A stretch of 64,000 nt of DNA from Bugula neritina (taxonomy: Eukaryota; Animalia; Bryozoa). The notes under the pieces are model-generated. The model saw only the letters and a program-made list of their open reading frames with translations, had not been told where the DNA came from and made no database searches. The translations under genes were made by a program, and so were the position numbers. This document shows, one piece after another, positions 17,790 to 36,759 of the stretch. The DNA is taken from assembly GCA_964035545.1 (NCBI GenBank), contig OZ037765.1, positions 31,247,504-31,311,503 of the forward strand, given 5' to 3'. Position 1 is the stretch's first letter, and each line of letters starts with the position of its first letter.

Positions 17790-20700
17790 ATGGCTCGCAG
17801 AAATATTGAAGCAGCCATTCAGGCAAGCCAAGAATTGGAGTTAGAAGGTGAGTGCAGAAGACCACTAATTTATAATGTTTTTCAGTTATTATTTATTATC
17901 ACAGACATATTTTAATTTACGGCATGTATTGGTAATGATTTAGTGAAGTGATCTTTTGAGAAAGAAATCTATTTTTGTTTCAGGAAAATTGTTGCCGTGT
18001 AAAATACCAAACTCCTACAGCAAGTTGGAGTCTTATAAAGTAATCAGTAGCCAGCAAGAATTAGATGGAGTGTATAGTTTGCAATATTCCCCTGATGGTT
18101 CAATGTTAGCAGTTGGGACAGGAAATGAAGCTATGAGGGTTAGTTGTAGTTTCCCAACAAAATACAGTACAGCTAGTACAACAAAGTACTTTTTTCTTCA
18201 AAAAGGGGGGGGGGAGCTCAACAAATCTGTTTGATGATTACTACAGCATGTTACCTGTTTCATAAAAATTGAGAAAACTGAAAAATTACTATAACATAAA
18301 TGTAGATATTATAATGCAAAAAACAAAAATATCTTTGAAAGATATTGTTTTAGCTTGTATAAAGCCTTTTTGGAACATTCTTGCATTTTTATATCATAGA
18401 ATTAGTTTTTTTTGATACAGAAATTTTTATGTATAATCCAAAAAACCTCAAAATTTTTAGTTATAATTAAGTTATAAGTAAGTGTTATTTTCAATGTTAT
18501 GTTTGAGTTCTTTCTAATGCTGATTTATGTTGAAAGTTGTATGACACGGCATCTGGAAAACATATCGAAGACCTGCGTCAGCCAAGATATGGCGGATTTC
18601 CTGTCAAGAGTCTTAGGTGGCATCCTTATGATCACCATATTCTGTACGGTGCAACTTGCAACGGGATGATCTATGCACTGAATGTAAAGTCACACACCTG
18701 CACAGCTGTTGTCAGCGGTATGTTGCATCTAGCTGTCTGCTGCCATCTTATTTAAAATCTTATTATTGTGAAATTAATTTACTTTTATTGATATTTTAAC
18801 CTGTGTAGTTTTATAGTATAATGAAAGAAATTTCACGACTTGTAGACTGGTATTATTGCTTAGTGCTAGGCCTGCTGTACATGCATGTAAGCTGATGTAT
18901 AAGTTGCTAGGCAACGCTAAATGCAACCATTAAAATCAAATACCAAGAAATATTCAAAGTAAATGTAGAAGAGGTAATGTCTTTAACTAATTATAATAAC
19001 CAGTCAGTGAAAAATAAATCTTTGCTTTTCTAATAACTATTCATTCATGTTTCAGAAATTTTTTTTTATAAAGTAAAGCATAAGTTGCATTTCAGAAGGA
19101 GCGCTAACCTGTGTTCTTTTCAAAACTAACAGTTTGAATTATGGGCTATTATGCAGATCTGCAATTTATAATATATTTCTGCTGACAGTCAAACTCTCTC
19201 TGCAATGATTGTTCACTATTGTTCAATGTTTGTATATTGGATTTCATTATATGCAAAAGTATATGCATGTCTGTCTTTTAAGAACGAAAAAATGAAATAA
19301 ATTGCCTCGACTTCAGTGCAGACGGTTCAACATTCGCTACAGCTGGTAAAGACCTGGCTGTTAGAATATACGACACAAAAACTTGTAAGGTATATTCTAC
19401 ATAAACTGTGTCAGTATTCTTGAATACTACCTTGTAATATCGATATAATACACTTGCAAGTAATGCTTTTATTGAAGTATGTTTCATAGAAACAATGCTA
19501 TTCATTAGATATTAATTTAGCTGAAGCTTACAGTATTAAAATAACCTGTTTTCCTCAGTTTTATTAGAGATTTTATTTGGGTTGTCAAGCAGCGTTAGCT
19601 GAAATTTTATCCCTCAAAAGAGGAATAACCAGTCACACTACTGTATATATTGAGATGTGTCTACTGGGTTTAATTTAATGTGCAGAGTATTACATTAGTT
19701 GGAATATTTGTAACAAATCAATAATCTTAAAAAAGTGTACAAAACAAGTTGTATAAAGTTAGAATTCAAGCTGTAAATCATTCAGAAAGACATTTACTTT
19801 GCCTCTTTAAAGTTATTTAAAGGCTTAAATCGGAGAAGATTTTTAATGGTTTAGTTTTTAATAATGGATGTTTTAAAATAACAAAATAAATCAATACTTT
19901 GAATATAACAGCAGCTTTTATACAGTCTTTCTGCAGTTGCTTCTTAGAACAGCATTCATAATGGGTCTCTTTTATTCACCATCTTTTCAGCATTTCAACT
20001 GATGTTTTTTAAATGTCATTTCCTGTTTAATATTTTCTATCCTAAAGCTTTTGTGATTCACTGAATCTAACGTGCATTAAACTATTTGTATCAGGAAAAT
20101 AGACTTTATACTATAGGTGGGCTAAAGTACGTTGCAGAATCTATTTAGAAAGCACTTGTCAAAGTTGTGAAATATTAAGCTATTTAATAATCTAAGAAAT
20201 GCTATCAGTGGGAGACATGAAAATGCGCACACTATTTAATACCTAACTATATAGATATAGATTTCAAACATGAGTATATGAAAATATGATTAGATGTGAA
20301 GTTTTGTCATGTTGGAAATTAATAGAAAGTTTTTGCATTTTATAATCATCTGGGATAACAAAAAATATAGTAAACAAAGAAGTTTTCAACTGAACAAAAT
20401 ATAATGTTATAAATGAATTTTTTATATCAAGTCAATGTATAATGATGCACTTTAGTGATTTTCCTCTTATTTTGTTTTTGGTGTGTAGGAAATAAAATGC
20501 TATGAAGGTTATAGCAGTTCGACACCTGCAGAAGACACTGAAGTTCAAGGTCATGGAATGAGAGTGTTTGCACTGAAGCATTCACCTGATAACAGTCACA
20601 TCTTACTCTCAGGGGGCTGGGATAATCACATTAAGGTAAGTCTTGTATTACATCCTTATATAGCTGTACTTACACTAGTATAATATCTTATACACTTACA

Positions 20701-23305
20701 CTAGTATAATATCTTATACACTTACACTATTATGATATCTTATACACTTACACTAGTATAATATCTAATACACTTACACTATCATAATATCTTATACACT
20801 TACACTATTATAATATCTTATACACTTACACTAGTATAATATCTTATACACTTACACTATCATAATATCTTATACAGTTATACTTACACTAATTTGATAT
20901 CACACACTGATATCATTATAATACTAAATTGTTAAGTTGAAAATTATTGTCTGATAATAAGTAGCTGCCATAAAGAAAAGCTAGTTGCTATTTATAGTAT
21001 AATCATACACACTTAAAGATATTGCTACATTATGCTGCTTTGTATTTACATATTAGTAGAGGTGTTTAACATGAAGAGTTTGTATGCCGTGTATAACTAT
21101 ATACTGGACTGTAGCTATTTACTTGACTGTATTGTATATGTGTGACAAGAGACCTCATTGCATATCAATGTGTTAACAATGATGTCTATCTGCAAACTAT
21201 ATAAGCTAAGTATCACTAAGTTAACAATCATGACAGATTTAGATTCAGCTCTTCTTTTAATTTATAAAATGGTTGCTTCTTGTAGGTGTGGGACATAAGA
21301 ACTAGTGATGGTGTTAAAAGAACAATAGCTGGACCCCATATTTGTGGAGATGCACTTGATTTGAAGGTGAAGATTTTTTCATAAGTTTTATTTTAAGTAG
21401 CACTTTTTACTTCAACAGAGATTAGTTGTGTATTTAGGATCTAAATTCTAAATTATTCTCAACACAAAAGTTGAAAGTAATTATTTTAGGCTAACTTCAG
21501 CTGACTTAATGAACAAGTTTGAGTTTCAAAACTTACTCATTAAAGGAAAATTTGGTTAAATAATTTTATTTAATTTTTATGACAAATAAGAGCGTTCACA
21601 CATTCAGATCCTAAACATATAACCAACAATAAGATTTCTTGGAAAGCTGTACTTCTTCTAAACAAATAAAATACTAGACATTTAGGGACATGTAATCTAC
21701 ATTCTTCTGAACACTACTAAGAAATCAATTCAACTGGGCAGAAAATACATCAAAAATACTTTCACTCATTTTGTTGTGCAAAGTTTTACCAACTCTAATG
21801 ATAAACTGTAAGTTTAGCTTTTTTCTAGTGTTATATCAGCCTAAATTTTTCTGATATATACTACTCTTAGCCTAGGGCCACACTGTGCGTATTTTCGCAT
21901 GCGAAAATTGAAATCACAAGTAGCAAAGGTGTCCACTGTACACGTTGAGAAAACATTCGCACTTGTCACTCAGCATTCCCAACGCAAGTGCGAATCGTCT
22001 CTGTCGTCGTCACCTAATTGGCTGGTAGTTATTCAGCGCGCCCAATTTCTTTATTTTAGTGCTACATTCCAGTAAATTGCGTTTTATTGAAAGCGAGTGC
22101 GATTTAAAAATGAAAGCTTTATTTATCACGCATCACTGATGCTACAGTGGACACCTTTGCTACTTGTGATTTTAATTTTCGCATGCGAAAATACGCACAG
22201 TGTGGCCCTAGGCTTAGTGTTTCTGTGAAAGAAAATATGCGTTGCATATTTTTATCAAAATAGTGAGGGTTGTCTAATAAATATTGTTTTGTAAAAGGAC
22301 GACAACTTAAAAATATATATTTTGAACTTATTTGGCTTGAATAATAAGTAATACGACATACTGTAATTCCAAAAGTTTGAAGATTTGCAGTAAATTTGAT
22401 TAATTGCTGTAAATATAATTTCTGTTCTACTCTATTTTGATAAGTTTTCTAAGTTGTGACCAGAACCAAGCTTTTGTAGCTTCATTAGTCTATGCATGTA
22501 GGCCTGTAGGCAACTAGGCTTACAGTAGTACTGAGATACACAAGTGTATTAATGTGGCTGTTTCAGGGCCTACGAATACTCACTGGCTCATGGGTTGGTG
22601 AAAACTCGCTACAGTTATGGGACTACACTTCTGGTAATCTTATTAAAAACATTTCATTTCCAAGCGGCCATGATGGGGAATATCTCTACGCTGCTCAGTT
22701 CTGTGAGAATGACACAGTTGTTGCTGGCGGCAGCGGTACAAAAAGTATCAAGGCTATCAACAGCACTACATGCGAGGTGAAATTCATAGTAGTAGTAAAG
22801 TATATGTTCATATTCAGAAAAAAGCTCGTTACATTTGGTACACCAAATTATTGAAATTACTATAAAACTTTTGGCTTTTGGCAATTCCCTACTAATTTCA
22901 AAATCTTGGTTAAATTAAAATAAAATAAAGCAACACGGTTGAATGACATCATTTATTAAATGAATGCTTAGTGCCAAGATTATAAAATGGTGAGACACAT
23001 ATATGAAGTTAATTTAGCTAATAACAGATGATGATATGCAAATTAATTTTATTCCAACCACTTCAAACAGTAAAACCTACCAATTTTCATATAGAAGTGA
23101 TGGCTGTGTTACAGCTCCATCAGCCAATATAATGATTGCAATGTTCTACACATACAAAAACATGCTTTTCCTTGTATTTTCGCAGGTTCTAGGAGAAATA
23201 GAGCTCAATGGGAAATGTGTAAACACTTTAGACACTACAAGGGGAGGGCAGTTAGTGGCTGTTGGTGGAATGATTAATTCTGTAACAATTGGAGTGATTA
23301 GTTAG
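17790..23305 (+). CDS. WD40-repeat protein, paralogue A (8 coding exons)
   Basis: Exons 17790-17847, 17984-18138, 18537-18717, 19283-19389, 20489-20635, 21286-21366, 22567-22776, 23186-23305. Motifs YSLQYSPDGSMLAVG, LDFSADGSTFATAGKDLAVRIYD, SGGWDNHIKVWDIR, GPHICGDALD. A non-coding exon donor is likely at 17608. Confidence 0.9.
20668..20900. repeat. 26-bp minisatellite (about 8 copies)
   Basis: Unit CTTACACTAGTATAATATCTTATACA. Confidence 0.9.
21870..22213. mobile_element. MITE, PIF/Harbinger (Tourist)-like
   Basis: About 71-bp near-perfect TIRs starting GCCTAGGGCCACACTGTGCG. TTA target duplication at 21867-69 and 22214-16. No ORF. Confidence 0.9.
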
Positions 23306-24792
23306 CAGAGATCATTGTCACACTGTTATTCAATGCTGAGTCACCATTATTACAGAGTCACAGGACTTGTGACTTGAGTTTTATTATTTATTTATTTTTA
23401 TGATTATGTTGCAAAGCAATATTTGAGTATTGTGATAGAATATATATAATAAATATTATATTTAATTATAATATTATATTATTACATTATATTATAATAT
23501 AATGATATATTGTTTTATTATAATTAAATATGATATGTATTATATTATGCTACATGTATTATGATATAATGTATATTACAATTTAATATGTATTATAATA
23601 TAACACAATTATATTATAATTGTTTTTATATTATGAGTTAGTGGCGTTTGTTTTATTACTATATCATGATATTGTATTATAATATATTTTTGCTGTTTGT
23701 ATTGTTAGTTAGCGTGTGGAACTTGAATAAAGATTTTAACCCAACAACCAGCAGTGTTGTAGACACACAGTGCAACCCGTGTTTATATTTTGATTGGAAC
23801 CTGCACTAGCTAGCTAATGTAATTGCAACTGTTGTTACTAAAAGCATAGAAAATGAATGACTAGCCAACATTCTAAGCCATTTTTTTTAAAACACTCAAC
23901 CTAATACATACACTTGCTGCATGTCTGCAGTATATATTTTCACAGATGTTATACGCTAGTATTTATAGCCTTTGTACTACGAATGAATAAAGTATCAGCT
24001 ATAAATTATCTTGTCCACTCAAATTACTGGAGTTTTGTTCTCCTCTCTTTGGGCCCAGCAAAATCATGTGTTGAATGTTAGAAAAGTTGTCCATGTTATA
24101 CATATCAAGCCAAAGCATAGTTTGTAAATCTACTAACAACTATGAACACTCACCATACTAAACAATAATAAACAGTTATGTAAGCATTTAGTGTGAAATA
24201 TTGTAGCTGTTCTGAATTTTTACTTACTTGCGTATTATTTAAGATGATGGGGGAATAATAACTTGGGCACAACAGGCTGGTTACTTACTAACAAAAATTG
24301 CTTTTAGACTCTAGTAACATAGCAAACGTTGTTAGATTGAATTTCATATTTATAATTGGCTATATAATTACAGTGAGTTGTAATATTAATACATAGTATA
24401 TTATAATGTTTATATTTTAAGTAACTATGGGTAACCTGGCAAGCTGCTCAAGGACGGAAAATCATTCTGTAATGACAAAAGATTGTTCACATGATAGCTA
24501 GGTTACTTTGAAATCAAATGCTTTAATCTCTATTGATATTAAACCCTATTTCATCTTTTACTTTCTTCACATTTTAAATATGCTAAGTCCATCTAGACTT
24601 GTAGTATTTTCATTTAGTTTGTAATATAAACAAATATTTATTAAGAATTGTATAGCATGCACATAATTACGTTTTATATCTTAGCATGTTTACTAAGCTG
24701 AAACTAAGCTAGGGTTAGGATTGCACAATTCCAGTAGATTATGTCAGTCAGCGCTGCCGTAGACCTATACACATCTTTTATATGACACTAAA

Positions 24793-30792
<6,000 letters not shown>

Positions 30793-31751
30793 AATTTGCT
30801 ACAAATTTAATCAATAAATTACTTCCAAGATGGATCTTTGCAGCCATGTTTTTTTGCATATAGCATGTAAACAAGTAATAACATAACACAAAGCACTTTT
30901 GACCTTTCTTTCATGGGAAGTTAGTGCAGAAATATACCATGACTTGGACAAAATCCTTGGTTTAATGGTCTGTATTGAATTCATAGCTTCAATTTCTCTG
31001 CACAAGAGTTAAAATTCAAATAAATATTTTAGGCCAAAATTTCAAGTTTGCATACAAAAAACGACTTCACCATAATAGCAATTCAAACTTTTAACCAGAG
31101 CTATGCTCTATAAATAAGAGATGCCAACTCAGATCATTTGTGTAACAGTTTAGGAATAAACAGGTCAGTACCCTATAGCTCCACATCACAGAAATGTATT
31201 ATTATTGATTTGTAAATGGCACAGTATTATTCAACAAATGTAAGAAGTTCGATACGATTACAGTTTATGACAGTTTTGTTGCTGCTATAGGCTACTTCTT
31301 ATGAGAAAATCACTAGTTTCGTTACATTTATAGACAAGTATTGCATTATAGCATTCCTTATAGCAAATATCTATAGAATCCAACAAAAACATCTTTTGAT
31401 TTTTAAACTGTTGAAAGAATGCACCTTTCTAAGGCTACAACAAACTAAAATATAAAAATTATAAAATCTATTTTTCGTCACTACAGTATAAAATTAGAAA
31501 TTATACATTTCTTCACCATTCAACACATATACACTTGCGTGCAAAAATAAAAAGACGGCACCAAAAAAAAAGAAAACGAAATAAGCAATATCAAATAGTA
31601 ATGGGAAGAAAAGTCATTTACAACATACAAAACTGTACATGAAAATTGATTGCCATTACAAATTTCAAGTTAGAACATTTCAAATTAAAAAATGATTATA
31701 GTTATAATAGAAAGAGATTTTAGGCGAGTAGGAATGCTGCCTTAGCTAGTA

Positions 31752-34700
31752 TTATACAGGTTCCAAATTGACAATGTCAACTTTTCCATCAAACTTCAAC
31801 CTAATCCTTTTGATATTTCGGTGTGAAACAATTTGATTATAATCTATATGATCAGTGAAAAAGTCATCAATAGAAGATTGGCTACTGACGTCGTCTTGTG
31901 AGAAGACCGTACTGCGACTACTATCATCTTCCAACAATAGACGGTTATCGGAGAGTACTGCAGCCGGAGTGTCCACCTCACGGGCTAAAATTTCATAGAG
32001 AGGTTGGGGAGTGTCTGCCCCGGTTACTGATGAATCAGTTTCTGTGTCACTCAGTCTTGATTTACGTAACTTAAGTTTGGGTACTTTCTGTGCACGCTGA
32101 TGTAGATGAGAGACGTGGGGTTCTGTAGAGGAGTTGGAGTGTTTGGTGACATCACACGGGTCAGCTGTGGTGGTTGTACTGGAGGAGCAGCTGCTTCGAG
32201 AGTGAACAGAACTTCTGGTGCTTGGAGCACCAATAGGATGTCGGCTGATGACCCGTTCTGATTTTATTTGTGGCAGCGGGTATCCCTGAGCTAACAAGAG
32301 TTCGGCATCGTATCTGGTGATGCCGCGAGCTTTCAACTCTGATTTGGTGAGCAGATGCGCTTTTTTATGTAAGTTTTGAGATCTTTTGTTCCAAGAATCT
32401 GAAGAGTAAGTAAAGTAAGTAAGTAAAGTAAGTAAATTAGTAAACATTGATCAGTGTGGCAGCAATTGTAGCAGGCAGCAGTATTACTTCACAAAACTCT
32501 GACACGCAAATGTCTCACCATATGAAGCTCTAATTAACTCTATGAACACATATATATAAATAAGAAATAGACATACATACTCAACCTTTGAGAAAAAATC
32601 AAAACCCTTGGAATTCAAAAAGTTATACATCTTTAGAAGACACATATTTTCTCATTTATATTTTAATTAAATACATAAATTTCAAAACTCAACTGTTGGA
32701 AGGAACTCTACTTCAAATGAACAAACCTGAACGACTGGGGGAGTCGATCAATTTGTTCCGAGCTGATTGTTTTAGTCTGGTAGAAGATTTAACAGAGAGG
32801 ACAGCTTCTACTTCTGACTTTACTGGGGCTACATTCTCAGTAGGTTTCACTTGGGAGACAGGCTTTACGTCAGCAGCTTGTTTTGGCTCCACTACTTCAG
32901 AATCCTTGATGTCAGAGGAGCTGTTCACGTGCTTCAGACGCATCTCCGTATGACGTAGGCTGTACCCGTTTTTAGATTTGAGTTTTATGGGTGAAGCAGG
33001 CTTAAACTTTCCAGTACATCTCCTGAATGCAACAAGCAACTATTAACATATATGCCTGGAGTGTAGCTGTGAATTTGTAGCTGAATCATTACGCAAACAG
33101 AAATACAGTGCATGGGACACTTGGCGCTTGCCCTACTGGGTAGCTGTCATTTGCTTTCTCTGCCAACTTTTTTCTCGCATAGAGAACAAATATTTGCAGC
33201 AAGCAAAGTCATATACAGTTGGGTCAGCTTAACTTTGCTATACAAAGGCTGGTTGCAGACACACACAGATTATCCGAGATGTAATAACTCTTTGATGAAC
33301 TACATGGTTATGAACTTCGTATTGCAATCTTAGACATTTGAAAACAAAGACGATAGCATTGTAGAAACATACTTTTCACAGGTTGTGCATTCACAAAGAC
33401 TGTTTCCATCTCCAAAGAAGTCGTCGCCATAGTAACACGTGATCTCATCACCAATATCTATGTCACGTAGAGCTATAACACAGGCTGTGTCTCGACCAGT
33501 TGGAACAAACTGTGTAGAAACAAGAACAACGCACTGCTGTATACTGCTACACGCCACTACCGACACAAATAAGTAATTTACAGAAGCACATTTACATAGA
33601 CAATGGTGAAAAAGACCAACATGAAGTAATGATATGCAAAAACAGTTGAAAATTCTGAATTCATCTACTTTTCAAGAAAACACAAGACGACTCGGAGAGA
33701 CAGAGGAGGTTGTATTTATAACATTGCAATAGAGTGTAGCACAAAATAATCTACAGAGTAACTTTATCAACATACTTTACAGTTAGGCTTGCAATCATGA
33801 TTGATAAAGGAGGCTGGACCAAGCCACAATTGAGCACAGTTCTTTCGGCACGAGTACATCACACTGAAGTCGTTTTTTCCGGGCCGTAAAATTTGTGCCT
33901 CTTCTTCCTTGGTCAGCTCTGCTATGCAGCCAACAAGCAGCGGGATCTTCTCATCTCTAACCCTAAACACATGAAATACCCCCTGAGCTGTAACTACAAA
34001 CTTACAAAACATATGGAAAGCTGAGATAACCTTGCAACAGCTGACTGAAGCACCGTTTCTTAGGCTAGCGATGAGTTAACCATTATATCAAAAACTTCTC
34101 CCTTCATAATAAAGTATGAATAAAAAATAAAACTTCACTGCTCAGCAAAATTAGACCTTTAAGAAAACTTCATATAACTAAAAACATAAGAGTCAATTGA
34201 AAAATAGCTATGCACCGAGTATGTGCTAAAGATGCTGCACTTTCAGCTCATGCCAATTGATGCAACTATTAGAGAAACTTTGACTATGGGAGATGAAGAT
34301 GAAGCCACAGCATTACACAACTAAATATAGTAAATGTCTCCATGTTGTACAATTATATAGAAAACAATTATACAACATAACATGATATTAGCCTATAGTA
34401 TTAAATGCCCCTACCAATCTTGCGTAGCGCAGATCCTACCACCAACATTTCCTTCCATCGAGTAGCGCTGACACGACGTTATTTCATAACCAGCTTCATT
34501 GGAAAATGTTTTCAAATACCTAAAGGCCTAAAGTAGCAAACATAGTAAACACTAGTAAAAGTTTTTCGGTAAATTTGAATAAAATGTTAGAGTAAATCGT
34601 ACAAAGACAGAAATAAGAAAGAAAACTAACATGTTCTTTAAATAATTGGAGTTGACGAGAGTTTTTCTTTTGAAATTGAACTTTAACCCATTCATTAGAT

Positions 34701-35091
34701 AAAAACTCATTAATGGCCATGTCGATATCCTGGTTTATTCGATATTTCTCTACAATGGCCTTCCATTCCTCTTGCTTCCCTTTGACTGGTCGAAATCTAC
34801 CAAAACACATGCTTTAATGAGTTAAAAAAAATAAAGTTTTACTAAACCATTGCAGAGATTACAAGCTAATAAAATCAGAATCAAATTCACACTCTTTTGA
34901 AACCCATAGCGGCATGACATTTCAATAAACTTTAGACATCATACAACAAGCAATACCTACCGTGTGTTCATTTTATGAGTAGTGAAATTGAGAAATGGGT
35001 CAATGATAAGACTAGTGCACAGGTCATCAAAATCACACAGTTCTCTAGCATTCATGCCTATGGAAGGCATTAGGCGACCCTCCACCACCAT
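31752..35091 (-). CDS. KMT5B: Histone H4K20 methyltransferase SUV4-20 (KMT5B/C family)
   Basis: Exons 35091-34961, 34796-34631, 34527-34415, 33962-33776, 33509-33373, 33022-32727, 32398-31752. [28 protein letters not shown]; [37 protein letters not shown]; post-[27 protein letters not shown]; C-terminal KRIRL motif. Confidence 0.95.
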
Positions 35092-36759
35092 TGCAACCCT
35101 CTATAGTTCTTCTGCAACAAACAGTCCACCAAAATACTATTCAACTCAAGAAAATTGCTTATATAACATACCAATATTAGTTATAGGCAATTTGCAGCTT
35201 ATAAAAGACCAATGACTTTAAATTCCATAACTACTTGCCAAATAAAGTATGTGCTACTAAAAACATTTATAGGTGGATTGAAGAACTTACACAAACATAC
35301 ATAACTAATATTATAACTATAACAGTAATAGTAAATGAATTTATGAAAGTTATAGCTAAAATGAGTATTAGTTGTAGTCATATTGATATGAGTTATAGTT
35401 TTTTAACTAATAGTTTTAATGTGATCATGATGTTAAACTTCAAGTTCATGTTCATATTTATTTATTACATAGCTATACTTATACTAATACTTATAGTATT
35501 ACTATTAGACTAAAAGTAATACTATTACTATTAGTATTAGTATTACTATTAGACTAAAAGTAATACTATTACTATTAGTATTAGTATTACTATTAGATTT
35601 CCTTTTAGTTTTACCATAACCATGTCCATTGCATGATATTGATTGCCTAGTCTTACACTTACACTAAGAGTAAGAGTAAGTCTAACACCGATACTCATAC
35701 AGCATACTCAACTCCTAGGGCTAGAGTAGCCTAGTGAATGTGATAGTCATAGTCATACTGAAAGTGAATGACATTAAGTTTAAATATAACTACAATTCTA
35801 ATATTAAGTAGAACTATAACATTAACAATAACTATAACTATGAGTATCAGTAGTATAAGTTGCTGTTAGTATAACTATAAGATTAAGATTATCAAGTTTA
35901 ATTTGAAGTGTAAGATTAAGAAATTGAATAACTAATTGAATAAGTCTAAGACAGTTTGAGTTACTTATTAGTTATTACTAAGAACAAAGAGTAAGACTAA
36001 GAGTAAGAGTGACTGTGATACTCATACTGATAGTGATGGTGCCATAATCTACCAAAGGTGTTTTGAATAGTTTAATAAACAGTTTGCACCTTTTAAGTGT
36101 TAGAATTATTTGCTTTTAGATACAAATGGTGGCATTGAAATTTTTTCAAGTGACAAAGCATATAAATTATAATAACAGTAATTATATATTTGCACGGGTT
36201 TCAACACGGTTAATTGGCCTTTAGGGGAAATTTGCCTTCGATTTACATTGTTTCGATATAGGATACATTGCCGCACTAAAAAGGGGTGCTTTGCAGTTAT
36301 AACCTTGCAGTTGTTGTAATAACAATTTTATTATTGATTTTTTTTACTTGATAGATAGTACAAATTTTTTTACAACATTATTTACAAATAATAAGCTAGA
36401 TTTTAGTTATTTCCCGTTTCTCTTATTACTGCACCAAATTCCGTAGTAGAAATTAAGAAAAAATTCATTTTCGCTTTTAAAGATTTACCTTATTCCTAAA
36501 TAATAATTTAGCACTTTATACTAATAAAAACATAAGTTATATTGTAAGTTGAAAAAATTACGTGCGTGCATTATATGATTCATTTTATTTTTTTGCTATA
36601 ATTCTAAATAAAAATAATTTGGTACGCAATCATTTTATGCAATTTACTCCTAATAATTTTTTTAGAATAAGGTAAACTTACGCTTCAGCTAGTCAGAAAT
36701 CGCACACGTGAGGAAACAAGCTAATAAGGAACACAAAGACTTCGCTGCCTGTTGAAAAG

